DNA of 24,000 nucleotides from Oharaeibacter sp. (GTDB lineage: Bacteria; Pseudomonadota; Alphaproteobacteria; Rhizobiales; Pleomorphomonadaceae), in assembly GCA_051861205.1 (NCBI GenBank), contig JBHYDC010000010.1:65979-89978 (forward strand), read 5' to 3'. The first letter of the stretch is position 1. Each line of letters starts with the position of its first letter. Both the position numbers and the translations under genes were made by a program. The notes under the pieces were generated by a model. The model was not told where the DNA came from, searched no databases, and saw only the letters and a program-made list of their open reading frames with translations. Positions 9,121 through 18,778 of this stretch are shown here, piece by piece.

Positions 9121-10564
9121 TCGCAAGCAGCCGCTCGCAGTCGACGTGCCGCTCCAGGTGATCCGCGAGCCGGTCCAGCACCGCATCGATCCGCGCCTCG
9201 TAGGTGAGATCGCTCGTCTCCGCGCCGATCCAACCGAGAAACCGCCGCCGCGCCGGTTCGCCCGCGAACAGCCCGTGGCAATAGGTGCCCACCACCCGCC
9301 CGTCTGGCGAAACCGCCCCTTCATCCACGCCCGCGATCCGCGCGAACGGCCGCGCCCGATCCGGTCCACCGGTCACGCCCACATGCATCTCGTATCCCAC
9401 GATCGGAACCCCGTCCGGCACCGTCTCGCCGGTCACCGCCGAAAGCTGCTTGCTCCCCGTCAGCACGGTCTGGACGCCAAGAAGCCCGAGCCCGGCCACC
9501 TCCCGCACCGGCCCCTCGATCCCATCGGGATCGGCAATCGCGGTTCCCAACATCTGATACCCGCCGCAAAGCCCCATCACCTTGCCGCCTTGGCGCCAAT
9601 GCGCGCGGATATCGATGTCCCATCCCTCCGCCCGCAGCGCCAGCAAGTCGTCGATCGTGGATTTCGATCCCGGCAGCACGATCACATCCGCCGGCGGCAG
9701 CGGCCGGCCGGGCAGGGCGAGCGTCACCGTCACGCCCGGTTCCTGCCGCAGCGGATCGAGATCGTCAAAATTCGCGATTCTCAGCAGCACCGGCACCACA
9801 ATACGCCGTCCGCCTTGCCCGTGATCCGCCCGCGTGCGCAATCCAAGCGCATCCTCTGCCGGCAGCAGCGCCGCCTCTGCGAAATGCGGCACCACGCCCA
9901 GCGACGCCCAGCCCGTGCGCTCCGCAATCACCGCGAGGCCGCCCGCGAACAGCGTCACATCGCCCCGGAACCGGTTCACCAGAAACGCCCGGATCATCGC
10001 CGCGTCGGCCGGGTCGATCACCGCATGCGTTCCCACCAGACTGGCGATCACGCCGCCCCGGTCAATGTCGCCCACCAGCACCACCGGCGTATCGGTCGCC
10101 CGCGCAAACCCCATGTTGGCGATATCGCCCGCCCGCAAATTCACTTCGGCCGGCGACCCCGCGCCCTCCACGATCACAAGATCCGCCTCGGCGGAAAGGC
10201 GCCTGAAGCTATCCAGCACCGCCGCCATCAGCCGGGGTTTCCATGCCTGATACTCCCGCGCCTTGGCCGTCCCGATCATCCGCCCCTGAACCACCACCTG
10301 ACTGCCGATGTCCGATTGCGGCTTCAAAAGCACCGGGTTCATGTGAACCGAGGTCGCCACGCCTGCCGCGCGCGCCTGAAGTGCCTGCGCCCGTCCTATC
10401 TCGCCGCCGTCGGCCGTGGCGGCGGCGTTGTTCGACATGTTCTGCGGTTTGAACGGCCGCACGGCCATCCCGCGCCGGGCGAACAGGCGGCAGAACCCCG
10501 CCACCAGCAGCGATTTGCCAACGTCCGAGCCCGTGCCCTGGATCATCACCCGCCGCGTCATCAA
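9104..10564 (-). CDS. cobQ: Cobyric acid synthase
   Basis: '[44 protein letters not shown]', '[17 protein letters not shown]', '[15 protein letters not shown]', '[10 protein letters not shown]', 'GTYCHGLF'. Confidence 0.97.
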   Translation of the reverse strand: MMTRRVMIQGTGSDVGKSLLVAGFCRLFARRGMAVRPFKPQNMSNNAAATADGGEIGRAQALQARAAGVATSVHMNPVLLKPQSDIGSQVVVQGRMIGTAKAREYQAWKPRLMAAVLDSFRRLSAEADLVIVEGAGSPAEVNLRAGDIANMGFARATDTPVVLVGDIDRGGVIASLVGTHAVIDPADAAMIRAFLVNRFRGDVTLFAGGLAVIAERTGWASLGVVPHFAEAALLPAEDALGLRTRADHGQGGRRIVVPVLLRIANFDDLDPLRQEPGVTVTLALPGRPLPPADVIVLPGSKSTIDDLLALRAEGWDIDIRAHWRQGGKVMGLCGGYQMLGTAIADPDGIEGPVREVAGLGLLGVQTVLTGSKQLSAVTGETVPDGVPIVGYEMHVGVTGGPDRARPFARIAGVDEGAVSPDGRVVGTYCHGLFAGEPARRRFLGWIGAETSDLTYEARIDAVLDRLADHLERHVDCERLLAISEGR

Positions 10565-11169
10565 AACTCGATCCCGGCCTGCGCCTTCACCCCCGCCGCG
10601 AAGTGGTGCTTCACCAGCGTCATCTCCGTCACAAGATCCGCCGCTTCGATCATCGCCGGCTTGGCGTTCCGCCCGGTTACGACGACATGCAGATCCGCCC
10701 GCCGCGCCCGCAGCACGTCCACCACCGCGTCCAGCAGCAAATGCTCGTAGCGCAGCGCGATGTTGAGTTCATCCAGCACAAGGAGCCGGATCTGCGGATC
10801 CGCCATCAAAGCGAGCGCCTCGCCCCACGCGCGTTCCGCCGCCGCCACATCCCGCGCGCGGTCCTGCGTTTCCCAGGTGAACCCTTCGCCGAGCGTGTGC
10901 CACGACACACCGCCCAGTTTCTCCAGCACGCGCCGCTCACCGGTTTCCCACGCGCCCTTGCCGAACTGCACCACGCCCACCTTCCAGCCATGCCCAAGCG
11001 CCCGCACCGCCAGCCCGAAGGCGGCCGTGGATTTGCCCTTGCCCGGCCCGGTGTGAACGATCAGCAGCCCCTTTTCGGCCACCGTCTTCCCCGCGACCTC
11101 GGCATCCTGCACGGCCTTGCGCTTGACCATCTTGGCCCGGTGGCGTTCAGCCTCTGGATCGTCGGTCAT
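10561..11169 (-). CDS. cobO: Cob(I)yrinic acid a,c-diamide adenosyltransferase
   Basis: '[48 protein letters not shown]', '[13 protein letters not shown]'. SD-like GGAGAG upstream; 4-bp overlap with cobQ. Confidence 0.96.
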   Translation of the reverse strand: MTDDPEAERHRAKMVKRKAVQDAEVAGKTVAEKGLLIVHTGPGKGKSTAAFGLAVRALGHGWKVGVVQFGKGAWETGERRVLEKLGGVSWHTLGEGFTWETQDRARDVAAAERAWGEALALMADPQIRLLVLDELNIALRYEHLLLDAVVDVLRARRADLHVVVTGRNAKPAMIEAADLVTEMTLVKHHFAAGVKAQAGIEF

Positions 11170-11207
11170 GTCTGAACTCTCCGATTATCTTGCGCGCAAT
11201 CGCGCGG

Positions 11208-12197
11208 TCACATCCGCCAGACCACCGCACCGCCCGTCAGCCCCGCGCCGGCAGCGGCCAAAAGCAGCGTCTCGCCCGCCGCGAACGGCCGCTCGTCCCC
11301 TGCGATCGACAGCGAAAGCGGGATCGTCGCCGCCGACGAATTCCCATATTCCGCGATGCTGCGCACGACGGTTTCCTCGCCAACGCCCACCGTGCGCCCC
11401 ACAAGGTCGAAGATCCGCGCGTTGGCCTGATGGGGCACGAAGCGCGTCACCGCGTCGGCGGAAAGCCCCGCCGCCGCCAGCGCCCGCCGCGAGCAATCCG
11501 TCATCAGCCGCACCGCCTCGGCGAAAAGGGCCCGCCCGTCCGAAACGGTCATCAGCGTATCCTCGATCGCCATCTCCGCCGAAAATGGCCGCGAACTCCC
11601 GCCGCCCGGCACCGTTACGAGCCCGTATCCCGCCCCGTCGGAGGCCAGATCCAGCCCCACAAGCCCCTGGCCCGCATCCTCGCTCGGCCCCACCACCACG
11701 GCTCCGGCCGCATCGGCGAACAGCACCGCGCTCGCGCGTTCAGCCATATTGATGCGCCGGCTAAGTATGTTCGCCGCCACCACCAAAACCGGCCGCCCGT
11801 GCGCCCGCACCTGCGCATCCGCCAGCGTCAGCGCATAGATGAAGCCCGCGCACGCCCCCGCCAGATCCACCGCGCCCGATCGCGTCAGCCCCAGCCGGTG
11901 CGCCACCAGCGGCGCCGACGGCGGCAGCAGATGATCCGGGGTCGACGTCGCAAGCAGCGTCAGCCCGATATCCGCCCGCTCCACCCCGGCCCTCGCCAGC
12001 GCCATCTCGCCCGCCGCCACCGCAAGGCCGGACAGCGTATCGCCCGCCTCCGCCCAGCGCCGCGCGCGGATCCCCGTCCGCCGTTCGATCCAGCCGGCTT
12101 CGATCCCGATCAGCTCCTCAAGCTCGGCATTCTCCACCCGCCGCGCCGGGGCGTGGTGCCCGAAACCCAGGATACGCGTGCCTGCGGCGCGTTTCAT
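11208..12197 (-). CDS. bioZ: Beta-ketoacyl-ACP synthase III-like protein, BioZ
   Basis: KASIII features 'GCDLTxxCAG'-type '[20 protein letters not shown]', '[19 protein letters not shown]', '[13 protein letters not shown]'. It is last in a bioB-F-D-A-Z order, with a 4-bp overlap with bioA. Confidence 0.9.
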   Translation of the reverse strand: MKRAAGTRILGFGHHAPARRVENAELEELIGIEAGWIERRTGIRARRWAEAGDTLSGLAVAAGEMALARAGVERADIGLTLLATSTPDHLLPPSAPLVAHRLGLTRSGAVDLAGACAGFIYALTLADAQVRAHGRPVLVVAANILSRRINMAERASAVLFADAAGAVVVGPSEDAGQGLVGLDLASDGAGYGLVTVPGGGSSRPFSAEMAIEDTLMTVSDGRALFAEAVRLMTDCSRRALAAAGLSADAVTRFVPHQANARIFDLVGRTVGVGEETVVRSIAEYGNSSAATIPLSLSIAGDERPFAAGETLLLAAAGAGLTGGAVVWRM

Positions 12198-13459
12198 CGC
12201 AGTCCCCGCATGTGGTTCGGCGCGTCCAAAATGGCGTCATAGAGCCGGTCAAGCTCCCCCGCCGTCACGCAATAGGGCGGCATCAGATAGATGATGTTGC
12301 CGAGCGGGCGCACCAGCAAGTCACGCGCCAGGAAATACTGCCGAAACTCCGGCCCCACCTCCGCCAGATACCCGGCTCCCTCCACCTTCAAATCCACCGC
12401 CGCGATCGTACCTGTCACGCGCGCATTCTCGAACCGGTCGTCGCCCTCGAAGCGGCGGATACGCTCGGCTTGCATCGCGCTCAATGCCGCCACCCGGTCC
12501 GCAACCGGCTCGCTGGTCCAAACCCCGATATTCGCCAGCGCCGCCGCGCAGGCAATCGGGTTCGCCGTATAGGACGACGAGTGGAAAAACGTCTTCGACC
12601 GGTCCGCCGAATAATGGGCATCAAACACCTCCGCCGTCGCCAGCGTCGCCGCCAGCGGTATAGCCCCGCCGGTTAAACCCTTGGACGTGCAAAGAATATC
12701 CGGCGTAATTCCCGCCTGCTCGCAGGCAAACAGCGTGCCCGTCCGCCCCCAGCCGCTCATCACCTCGTCGGCCACAAGCAGCGTTCCCGTGGCCTGCGCG
12801 ATGCGCTTCAGCTCGGTCAGCACCCACGGCGCATACATCCGCATCCCGCCCGCGCCCAGCACCAGCGGCTCTACGATCAGCGCCGCCACCTCGCCGGTTC
12901 GGGCAACCGCCTCGAACGCATCCAGCGTCGCCTGCTCGCGGCCCGCCACGGGGAACGGTATCCGGTCCACCGCGAACAGCAGCGGCTCATAGGCGGCGTT
13001 GAACACCCCCCGCTCGCCCACGCTCATCGTGCCGATGGTGTCGCCGTGGTAGCTGTCCTCCATCACCACGATGCGATGCCGCTTCTCGCCCCGGTTGCGG
13101 AAAACGCCAAGCGCCATCTTCATCGCCACCTCCACGGCCGTGGACCCGCTGTCGGAATAGAACACATGGTCCAGCCCGCGCGGCGCCAGCGCCACCAGCG
13201 CCCGCGCCAGATCCTCCGCCGGCTCATGCGTCAGCCCCGCGAAGATGATCTGATCCAGCCGCTCGCTCGTCTCCCGGATCGCGGCCATGATCGGCGGGTA
13301 GCGGTGGCCGTGCGTAATCACCCACCACGATGAGATGGCGTCGATCACCCGCCGCCCGTCCGCCGTTTCGAGATAGGCCCCCTCCGTCCGCGCGATCTTG
13401 AGCAGCGGCGGCTCCACCGCATGCTGCGTGAAGGGATGCCAGACGGGCGACCGGGTCAT
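12194..13459 (-). CDS. bioA: Adenosylmethionine-8-amino-7-oxononanoate aminotransferase
   Basis: '[48 protein letters not shown]', '[17 protein letters not shown]', '[20 protein letters not shown]', '[14 protein letters not shown]'. Confidence 0.97.
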   Translation of the reverse strand: MTRSPVWHPFTQHAVEPPLLKIARTEGAYLETADGRRVIDAISSWWVITHGHRYPPIMAAIRETSERLDQIIFAGLTHEPAEDLARALVALAPRGLDHVFYSDSGSTAVEVAMKMALGVFRNRGEKRHRIVVMEDSYHGDTIGTMSVGERGVFNAAYEPLLFAVDRIPFPVAGREQATLDAFEAVARTGEVAALIVEPLVLGAGGMRMYAPWVLTELKRIAQATGTLLVADEVMSGWGRTGTLFACEQAGITPDILCTSKGLTGGAIPLAATLATAEVFDAHYSADRSKTFFHSSSYTANPIACAAALANIGVWTSEPVADRVAALSAMQAERIRRFEGDDRFENARVTGTIAAVDLKVEGAGYLAEVGPEFRQYFLARDLLVRPLGNIIYLMPPYCVTAGELDRLYDAILDAPNHMRGLR

Positions 13460-14079
13460 ACCGTGAAATCCGCAAGGTTGAAATTCACAGCGAAGGCCGC
13501 CGCCAGCGTCTCGCCAGTCAGCGGACCCAGATGCGGCAACCGTCCCAGCACGCGAACGCCGGAAAAATCGCCGATCGTGCGCTGACTATCCGCCTTTTCC
13601 TCACCCACGAAGGCAATCCCCAGAATTGGCACGCCCCGCGCCTTCAGGGCCTCCACGGACAGCAACGTGTGGTTGATTGTGCCCAGCGCCGTCCGCGCGC
13701 ACAGCACCACCGGCAACCGCCATCCGGCGAACACGTCGATCGTCAAAAGCGCCCGCGTGACCGGCACCATCAACCCGCCGGCGCCCTCAATCACCAGCGG
13801 CCCGGCCAAATCCGGCGGAGTCAGCCGCGCCGGATCGATCGTGACTCCGTCGATCTCGGCGGCATAATGGGGCGAAACCGGCGTCACCAGCTTATACGCC
13901 TCCGGCAAAACCGGCCGGCCCGTCAGCCGGGACACGGTCTGGCTGTCGGTCTCGTCCTCCAGCCCCGACTGTATCGGTTTCCAATAGGTCGCGCCCAGCG
14001 CGGCGGTCAGGCCAGCGGCAAACACCGTCTTACCGATCCCGGTGTCGGTGCCAGTCACGATAAAGCGGGGAGGGGACAT
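13456..14079 (-). CDS. bioD: Dethiobiotin synthetase
   Basis: '[34 protein letters not shown]', '[35 protein letters not shown]', '[18 protein letters not shown]'. Confidence 0.96.
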   Translation of the reverse strand: MSPPRFIVTGTDTGIGKTVFAAGLTAALGATYWKPIQSGLEDETDSQTVSRLTGRPVLPEAYKLVTPVSPHYAAEIDGVTIDPARLTPPDLAGPLVIEGAGGLMVPVTRALLTIDVFAGWRLPVVLCARTALGTINHTLLSVEALKARGVPILGIAFVGEEKADSQRTIGDFSGVRVLGRLPHLGPLTGETLAAAFAVNFNLADFTV

Positions 14080-14180
14080 CTCTGCATCCGGCCAGTTTAG
14101 TTTTCATGAGGTCGAGTGTGACGGGACTTGGCAGGTCCAACGCCTCAAGACAAGCCCTTAGGCGCAGCGCTCGTCGCACG

Positions 14181-14210
14181 GGCAGGGGGTTCGAATCCCT
14201 CCGTAACTCC
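14181..14210 (+). other. tRNA T-arm/3'-acceptor-like fragment (possible tRNA remnant)
   Basis: 'gggcaGGGGGTTCGAATCCCTCcgtaactcc' contains a canonical TTCGAAT T-loop with a 5-bp stem. I see no matching 5' acceptor strand (ggagttac) or convincing anticodon arm upstream. Confidence 0.4.
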
Positions 14211-14212
14211 AA

Positions 14213-15355
14213 TCAAACCCGTTCGTCCGCCATAGCCTCCGCCACGCAGTCCAAGAGCCCGGCCACCACCTGCGCATCCACATTCAGCGTCAGCGAAATT
14301 CGTAGCCGTGCGGTTCCCTCCGGAACGGTTGGCGGGCGAATGGCCCGGCAGTCGTAACCAGCCGCCTGAACCTGCGCCGCGACGGCCGTCGCGCGTGCGT
14401 TGGAGCCAAGGATCACCGGCTGGATCTGCGTATCCGACGACGGCAGCCCCAGCCCCGCCAGCCGCGCCTGCGCGCCTGCGATCAGCCCCGCCAGCGCCTC
14501 GCGCCGCCAAGGCTCGTCCGCCAGCACCCTTAGCGATTCCCGCACTGCCGCTGCCATCAAAGGGGAGGGCGCGGTGGCATAGATGAAGGGCCGTGCCCGG
14601 TTGATCAGGAAATCCACGATCGGCCCGGCAGCCGTCACCAGCGCGCCGGATGCGCCCAGCGCCTTGCCGCAGGTGTGCAGGGCGATCAGCGCCTCGCGCC
14701 CCTCAAACGCTGCTGTCAACCCGCGTCCGGACGGCCCGAAAATCCCCGTCGCATGCGCTTCGTCGACCATAAGAAACCCGTCGTGACGCTCCGCGATCGC
14801 GATCAGGTCCGCCACCGGCGCGCGGTCGCCGTCCATCGAATATACGCTTTCAACCGCGATATAGGGCGTGCCCGCGCCGCCCGCCGCCCGCCACCGCGCG
14901 ATCGCGTCGTCAAACGCCCCCGCATCGTTGTGCGGCACCGAAACCGTGTCCGCCTTCGAAAGCCGCATCCCCTCGTGCGCGCTCGCGTGGATTAGCTCGT
15001 CATGAACGATGAGATCGCCCCGCTGCGGCAGCGCTGACAGCAGCGCCACATTCGCCGCATAGCCGGAGCCGAGATAAAGCGCCCGCTCGCTTCCGAAAAA
15101 CGCAGCGGCTTCCGCCTCCAGCGCCTCGTGTTCAGGGTGGTTGCCGCGCAGAAGCCGCGATCCCGCCGCCCCCACCGGCACCCCGCGCGCCAGCGCCTCC
15201 GTCACCGCGCCCGCCAATCGCGGCGAGCCGGCAAGGCCGAGATAATCGTTGGACGCGAAATCATGGCCGGTGCGCGGTTCCAGTCGGCGGGTGCGGCTCT
15301 TGCGGGCAAGGCCGCCCAGCGTCGTCCGGAATCGCTCCAGCCGCCCGGTCGTCAT
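14213..15355 (-). CDS. bioF: 8-amino-7-oxononanoate synthase
   Basis: '[15 protein letters not shown]', '[45 protein letters not shown]', '[16 protein letters not shown]', '[13 protein letters not shown]'. Start ATG at 15355; 4-bp overlap with bioB. Confidence 0.96.
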   Translation of the reverse strand: MTTGRLERFRTTLGGLARKSRTRRLEPRTGHDFASNDYLGLAGSPRLAGAVTEALARGVPVGAAGSRLLRGNHPEHEALEAEAAAFFGSERALYLGSGYAANVALLSALPQRGDLIVHDELIHASAHEGMRLSKADTVSVPHNDAGAFDDAIARWRAAGGAGTPYIAVESVYSMDGDRAPVADLIAIAERHDGFLMVDEAHATGIFGPSGRGLTAAFEGREALIALHTCGKALGASGALVTAAGPIVDFLINRARPFIYATAPSPLMAAAVRESLRVLADEPWRREALAGLIAGAQARLAGLGLPSSDTQIQPVILGSNARATAVAAQVQAAGYDCRAIRPPTVPEGTARLRISLTLNVDAQVVAGLLDCVAEAMADERV

Positions 15356-16347
15356 GGAGAGGCGTCCAGCTCCATCGCCGCTATGCCCAGCCGCCGGAAC
15401 AGCGCCGCGTCGTGGTCCTCGCCGGGGTTGTCCGCCGTCAGCAGCGTTTCGCCCGTGAAGATCGAGTTGGCGCCGGCGAAGAAGCACAGCGCCTGCATCT
15501 CGTCCGACATTTCCGTCCGCCCCGCCGACAGCCGCACATGCGAAAGCGGCATCATCACCCGCGCCAGCGCGATCGTGCGCACGAAGTCGATCGGGTCGAT
15601 CCGATCGGCCGTTTCAAGCTGCGTGCCGGGAATGGCGATCAGCATGTTGATCGGCACGCTTTCCGGGTGCTCGGCAAGGTTGGCCAGCGTTACCAGCATG
15701 TCGATCCGGTCATCCTCGCCTTCGCCCATGCCCACGATGCCGCCCGCGCACACCTTGATGCCGGCTTCACGCACGGTCGCCAGCGTATCCAGCCGGTCCG
15801 CGAAGGTGCGCGTGGTTATGATCTCGCTGTAATAGCGCTCGGACGTGTCGATGTTGTGGTTGTAGTAGTCCAGCCCCGCATGCTTCAGCCGCCCGGCCTG
15901 ATCGGGCGACAGCATGCCCAGCGTCATGCAGGTTTCCATGCCAAGCGCCTTCACGCCCTCGACCATGGCTACCACCATGTCCATGTCGCGCTCTTTGGGG
16001 CTGCGCCACGCCGCGCCCATGCAATAGCGGGTCGCGCCTCCGGCCTTGGCCTTGCGCGCTTCCTCCAAAACCCGCTCAACTTCCATCAGCTTGGAGGCTT
16101 TCAGCCCTGTCGGCGCATGGGCGGACTGGCTGCAATAGCCGCAGTCCTCCGGGCACCCGCCCGTCTTGATCGAAAGCAGCCGGCTCATCTGCACGCGATT
16201 GGGGTCGAAGTGCTTGCGGTGCACGCTCTGCGCCTCGAACAGCAGGTCGTTGAACGGCAAGCTATAAAGCGCCCGCGCCTCCGCTCTCGTCCAGTCGTGG
16301 CGGATTTCGAGGGGCGTGCCGGTGGCGTTGCCGGTGTTCGCGTTCAT
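15352..16347 (-). CDS. bioB: Biotin synthase (radical SAM)
   Basis: '[32 protein letters not shown]', '[13 protein letters not shown]', '[29 protein letters not shown]'. Start ATG at 16347. Confidence 0.98.
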   Translation of the reverse strand: MNANTGNATGTPLEIRHDWTRAEARALYSLPFNDLLFEAQSVHRKHFDPNRVQMSRLLSIKTGGCPEDCGYCSQSAHAPTGLKASKLMEVERVLEEARKAKAGGATRYCMGAAWRSPKERDMDMVVAMVEGVKALGMETCMTLGMLSPDQAGRLKHAGLDYYNHNIDTSERYYSEIITTRTFADRLDTLATVREAGIKVCAGGIVGMGEGEDDRIDMLVTLANLAEHPESVPINMLIAIPGTQLETADRIDPIDFVRTIALARVMMPLSHVRLSAGRTEMSDEMQALCFFAGANSIFTGETLLTADNPGEDHDAALFRRLGIAAMELDASP

Positions 16348-16628
16348 CGCATAGGTCCCAACGTAACAAATCGTTCTGCGAGAGATACAAGATGCCGCGC
16401 GCGGGGGGAATGCGTCCCTTCGTTTTTTGCAGCCCGAATGCACCGATCGGCCGTTCGGATTGGAAACAATTCAGCCCGTTGAGGTGTTCTCGCCGGAAAG
16501 CCAGCGAAGAACGATCGGTTTTTTGCCTCGGACGTCCACTTTCTGGAATTTCGTGCGCCGACTTCCCGGCATCGGTGCTCTTCAATGCGATAGACCGTTT
16601 CGCTTTCCGTTGAAAAAAGGATCCCACC

Positions 16629-17537
16629 ATGCGTTTCCCGGCAATCCTTGGCGCCGCTCTCGCCGCCACCCTCACAATCGGCGCAGCCCAAGCCGAGGCC
16701 GTCGTCGTCTCCTCCAAGATCGACACCGAAGGCGGCGTGCTCGGCAACATCATCCTCGCCGCGCTGTCGGCCAAGGGGGTTGCGGTGGAGGATCGGGTAC
16801 AACTCGGCGGCACCCCCGTCGTGCGCAAGGCGATCACCGGCGGCGAGATCGACATCTACCCCGAATACACCGGCAACGCCGCCTTCTTCTTCAACAAGGC
16901 CGACGATCCGATCTGGAAGGATGCCGCCAAGGCCTATGAGGAAGCCAAGAAGCTCGACTATGACGCTAACAAGATCGTCTGGCTCACGCCATCGCCCGCC
17001 AACAACACCTGGGCCATCGCGATCCGCAAGGAAGTCGCCGAGGCCAACAAGCTGAGCACGCTCACCGAATTCGGCGCCTGGGTCGCGGGCGGCGGTGAGG
17101 TGGTCCTCGCCGGTTCGGCCGAGTTCGTGAATTCCCCCGCCGCACTGCCCTCGTTCCAGTCCACCTACGGCTTCACGCTGAAGCCCGAGCAGCTCATCGT
17201 CCTCTCCGGCGGCGACACCGCAGCCACCATCAAGGCCGCCACCGACCAAACCAACGGCGCCAACGCCGCCATGGTCTACGGCACCGACGGCGGCATCGCC
17301 CCCTCCGGCCTCGTCGTCCTCACCGACGACAAAGGCGTCCAGCCGGTCTATCAGGCTACCCCTATCATCCGCGAGGAGGTGCTGAAGGCAAACCCTGAGA
17401 TCGCCGACATTCTCAAGCCCATCTTCGAGGCGCTCGACCTCGTGACGCTGCAGGAACTCAACGGCCGCGTGCAAGTGGGCGGCGAACCCGCGAAGGCGGT
17501 CGCGGAAGAGTATCTCAGGGGCAAGGGGTTCATCTGA
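16629..17537 (+). CDS. Osmoprotectant (OsmF/YehZ-type, glycine betaine/choline) ABC transporter substrate-binding protein
   Basis: Signal peptide, 'VVVSSKIDTEGGVLGNIILAAL', 'GEIDIYPEYTGNAAFFF' and C-terminal 'MVYGTDGGI...' features of the OpuC/OsmF SBP family. Confidence 0.88.
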   Translation: MRFPAILGAALAATLTIGAAQAEAVVVSSKIDTEGGVLGNIILAALSAKGVAVEDRVQLGGTPVVRKAITGGEIDIYPEYTGNAAFFFNKADDPIWKDAAKAYEEAKKLDYDANKIVWLTPSPANNTWAIAIRKEVAEANKLSTLTEFGAWVAGGGEVVLAGSAEFVNSPAALPSFQSTYGFTLKPEQLIVLSGGDTAATIKAATDQTNGANAAMVYGTDGGIAPSGLVVLTDDKGVQPVYQATPIIREEVLKANPEIADILKPIFEALDLVTLQELNGRVQVGGEPAKAVAEEYLRGKGFI

Positions 17538-17570
17538 TCCGCACCAGCCGCCAAGTAACCCGCGTGCCTT

Positions 17571-17720
17571 CCCTTCTCCCCTTGTGGGAGAAGGTGCCGC
17601 GCGAGCGGCGGATGAGGGGTGGGTGGGGACGGGTGGGACGGATAAGGAGTGGCTCTGGAAGGAGCGGAGAGACACCTCCACCGTCGCTGCCGCGACACTT
17701 TCTCCCGAAAGGGGAGAAGG
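17571..17720. repeat. Inverted pair of REP-like palindromic elements
   Basis: CCTTCTCCCcttgTGGGAGAAGG-tg-ccgcgcgagcgg-cggatgaggggtg (17572 onward) faces the reverse-strand copy ccttctcccctttcgggagaaagtgtcgcggcagcgacggtggaggtg (ending at 17720). Same architecture, diverged. Confidence 0.7.
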
Positions 17721-17849
17721 AGGAACGTGGCGCACCGCCCAAGCCCGCCCCGTCTACCCATCCCCCTTCAACTTTCCCCTCCCGCTTTGCCCCAATCGGC
17801 GCTAAGGTCCGGCCGGATCGATAAGATCGACAAGAATTGGGGGGATCAC

Positions 17850-18773
17850 ATGGGTATGCGTTTGGGTCTCTTGGCCGCTGTGGCCATGGTTGCGTTCGGG
17901 TCTGCGGCGCAGGCGGCGGGTGAGCGGGTTGCGGTTGTCACGCCGTATCTTTCGGCCGTCGCCACCAAGCAGATGGTCGATGCGTTCCAGGCCGAAGCCG
18001 CGACTGCCGGTTGGACCGTGGACGTGGTGGACACCGCCGGCGACATGGGCGCCTTCGCCAGCCGCATCGAGGACGTGACCAGCTCCGGCGTCAACGCCAT
18101 CGTGCTCGTGTCGGTGGACCCGGCGCAGGTTCAGGGTCAGGTCGACAAGGCCAAGGCCGCGAACATCCCCGTCATCACCATCGACGGCGCCAAGAACGCC
18201 TCGACCGCGCTCAACGTCACCTCCGACAACTACGTCCTCGGCAAAACCATGTCGGAGTTCCTCCTGAAATCGATCGGCGGCAAGGGCGAGGTCGCGCGCC
18301 TGTTCCATTCGGCTCACCCCGGCGTGCGCCAGCGCGAGATCGCTTTTGACGACGTGCTGAAGGCAAACCCGGACGTGAAGCAGATCGGCGAACATTTCGT
18401 TCAGGTCCCGGGCCAGATCGAAGACGCGCAGAAGGCAATCGATTCCATCCTCCTCGCCAACCCGGGTGACGGCGCGATCGATGCGGTCTGGGCTGCCTGG
18501 GACGAGCCAGGCATCGGCGCCAACCTCGCTATCGAAGCAGCCGGCCGCAAGGGCATCGTGATCGCCGGCATCGACGGCAATCCCCAGGCGATCGAGCTGA
18601 TCAAGGGCTGCACGTCCTACATCGGCACCGTTCGCCAGGGCTTTGGCGACATGTCCAAAATCGCGGCCAAGGAACTCGGCGCGGTTCTCGCCGGCGGCGC
18701 CCCGTCGGCCACCGAACTCTATGCCCCGGTGGAGCTGATCACCCGCGAAAGCCTGGGCGTCACCTGCAACTGA
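17850..18773 (+). CDS. Sugar (ribose-type, periplasmic-binding family) ABC transporter substrate-binding protein
   Basis: Signal peptide; 'GVNAIVLVSVDPAQVQGQVDKAKAANIPVITIDGAKN', 'AIDAVWAAWDEPGIGANLAIEAAGRKGIVIAGIDGNPQAIELI'. Confidence 0.92.
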   Translation: MGMRLGLLAAVAMVAFGSAAQAAGERVAVVTPYLSAVATKQMVDAFQAEAATAGWTVDVVDTAGDMGAFASRIEDVTSSGVNAIVLVSVDPAQVQGQVDKAKAANIPVITIDGAKNASTALNVTSDNYVLGKTMSEFLLKSIGGKGEVARLFHSAHPGVRQREIAFDDVLKANPDVKQIGEHFVQVPGQIEDAQKAIDSILLANPGDGAIDAVWAAWDEPGIGANLAIEAAGRKGIVIAGIDGNPQAIELIKGCTSYIGTVRQGFGDMSKIAAKELGAVLAGGAPSATELYAPVELITRESLGVTCN

Positions 18774-18778
18774 CATCC

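Noticed and set aside
9083-10750. 555-aa ORF on the plus strand
   Set aside because: Fully antisense to cobQ and part of cobO; His/Arg/Pro-rich sequence with no recognisable domain.
14080-14212. Complete tRNA or tmRNA gene between bioF and bioD
   Set aside because: Only the T-arm and a 3' tail are visible; no matching 5' acceptor strand, anticodon arm or tag ORF could be found by eye.
15412-16482. 356-aa ORF on the plus strand
   Set aside because: Antisense to bioB, composition of a shadow ORF.
16348-16628. BioR or BirA operator and direct repeats (gttttttgc, cgatcgg) upstream of bioB
   Set aside because: No TTATMKATAA-like BioR box was seen, and the short direct repeats are too small to support a function.
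16344-17735. 463-aa ORF on the minus strand
   Set aside because: Antisense to the OsmF-like SBP gene and extends through intergenic repeats; no domain recognised.
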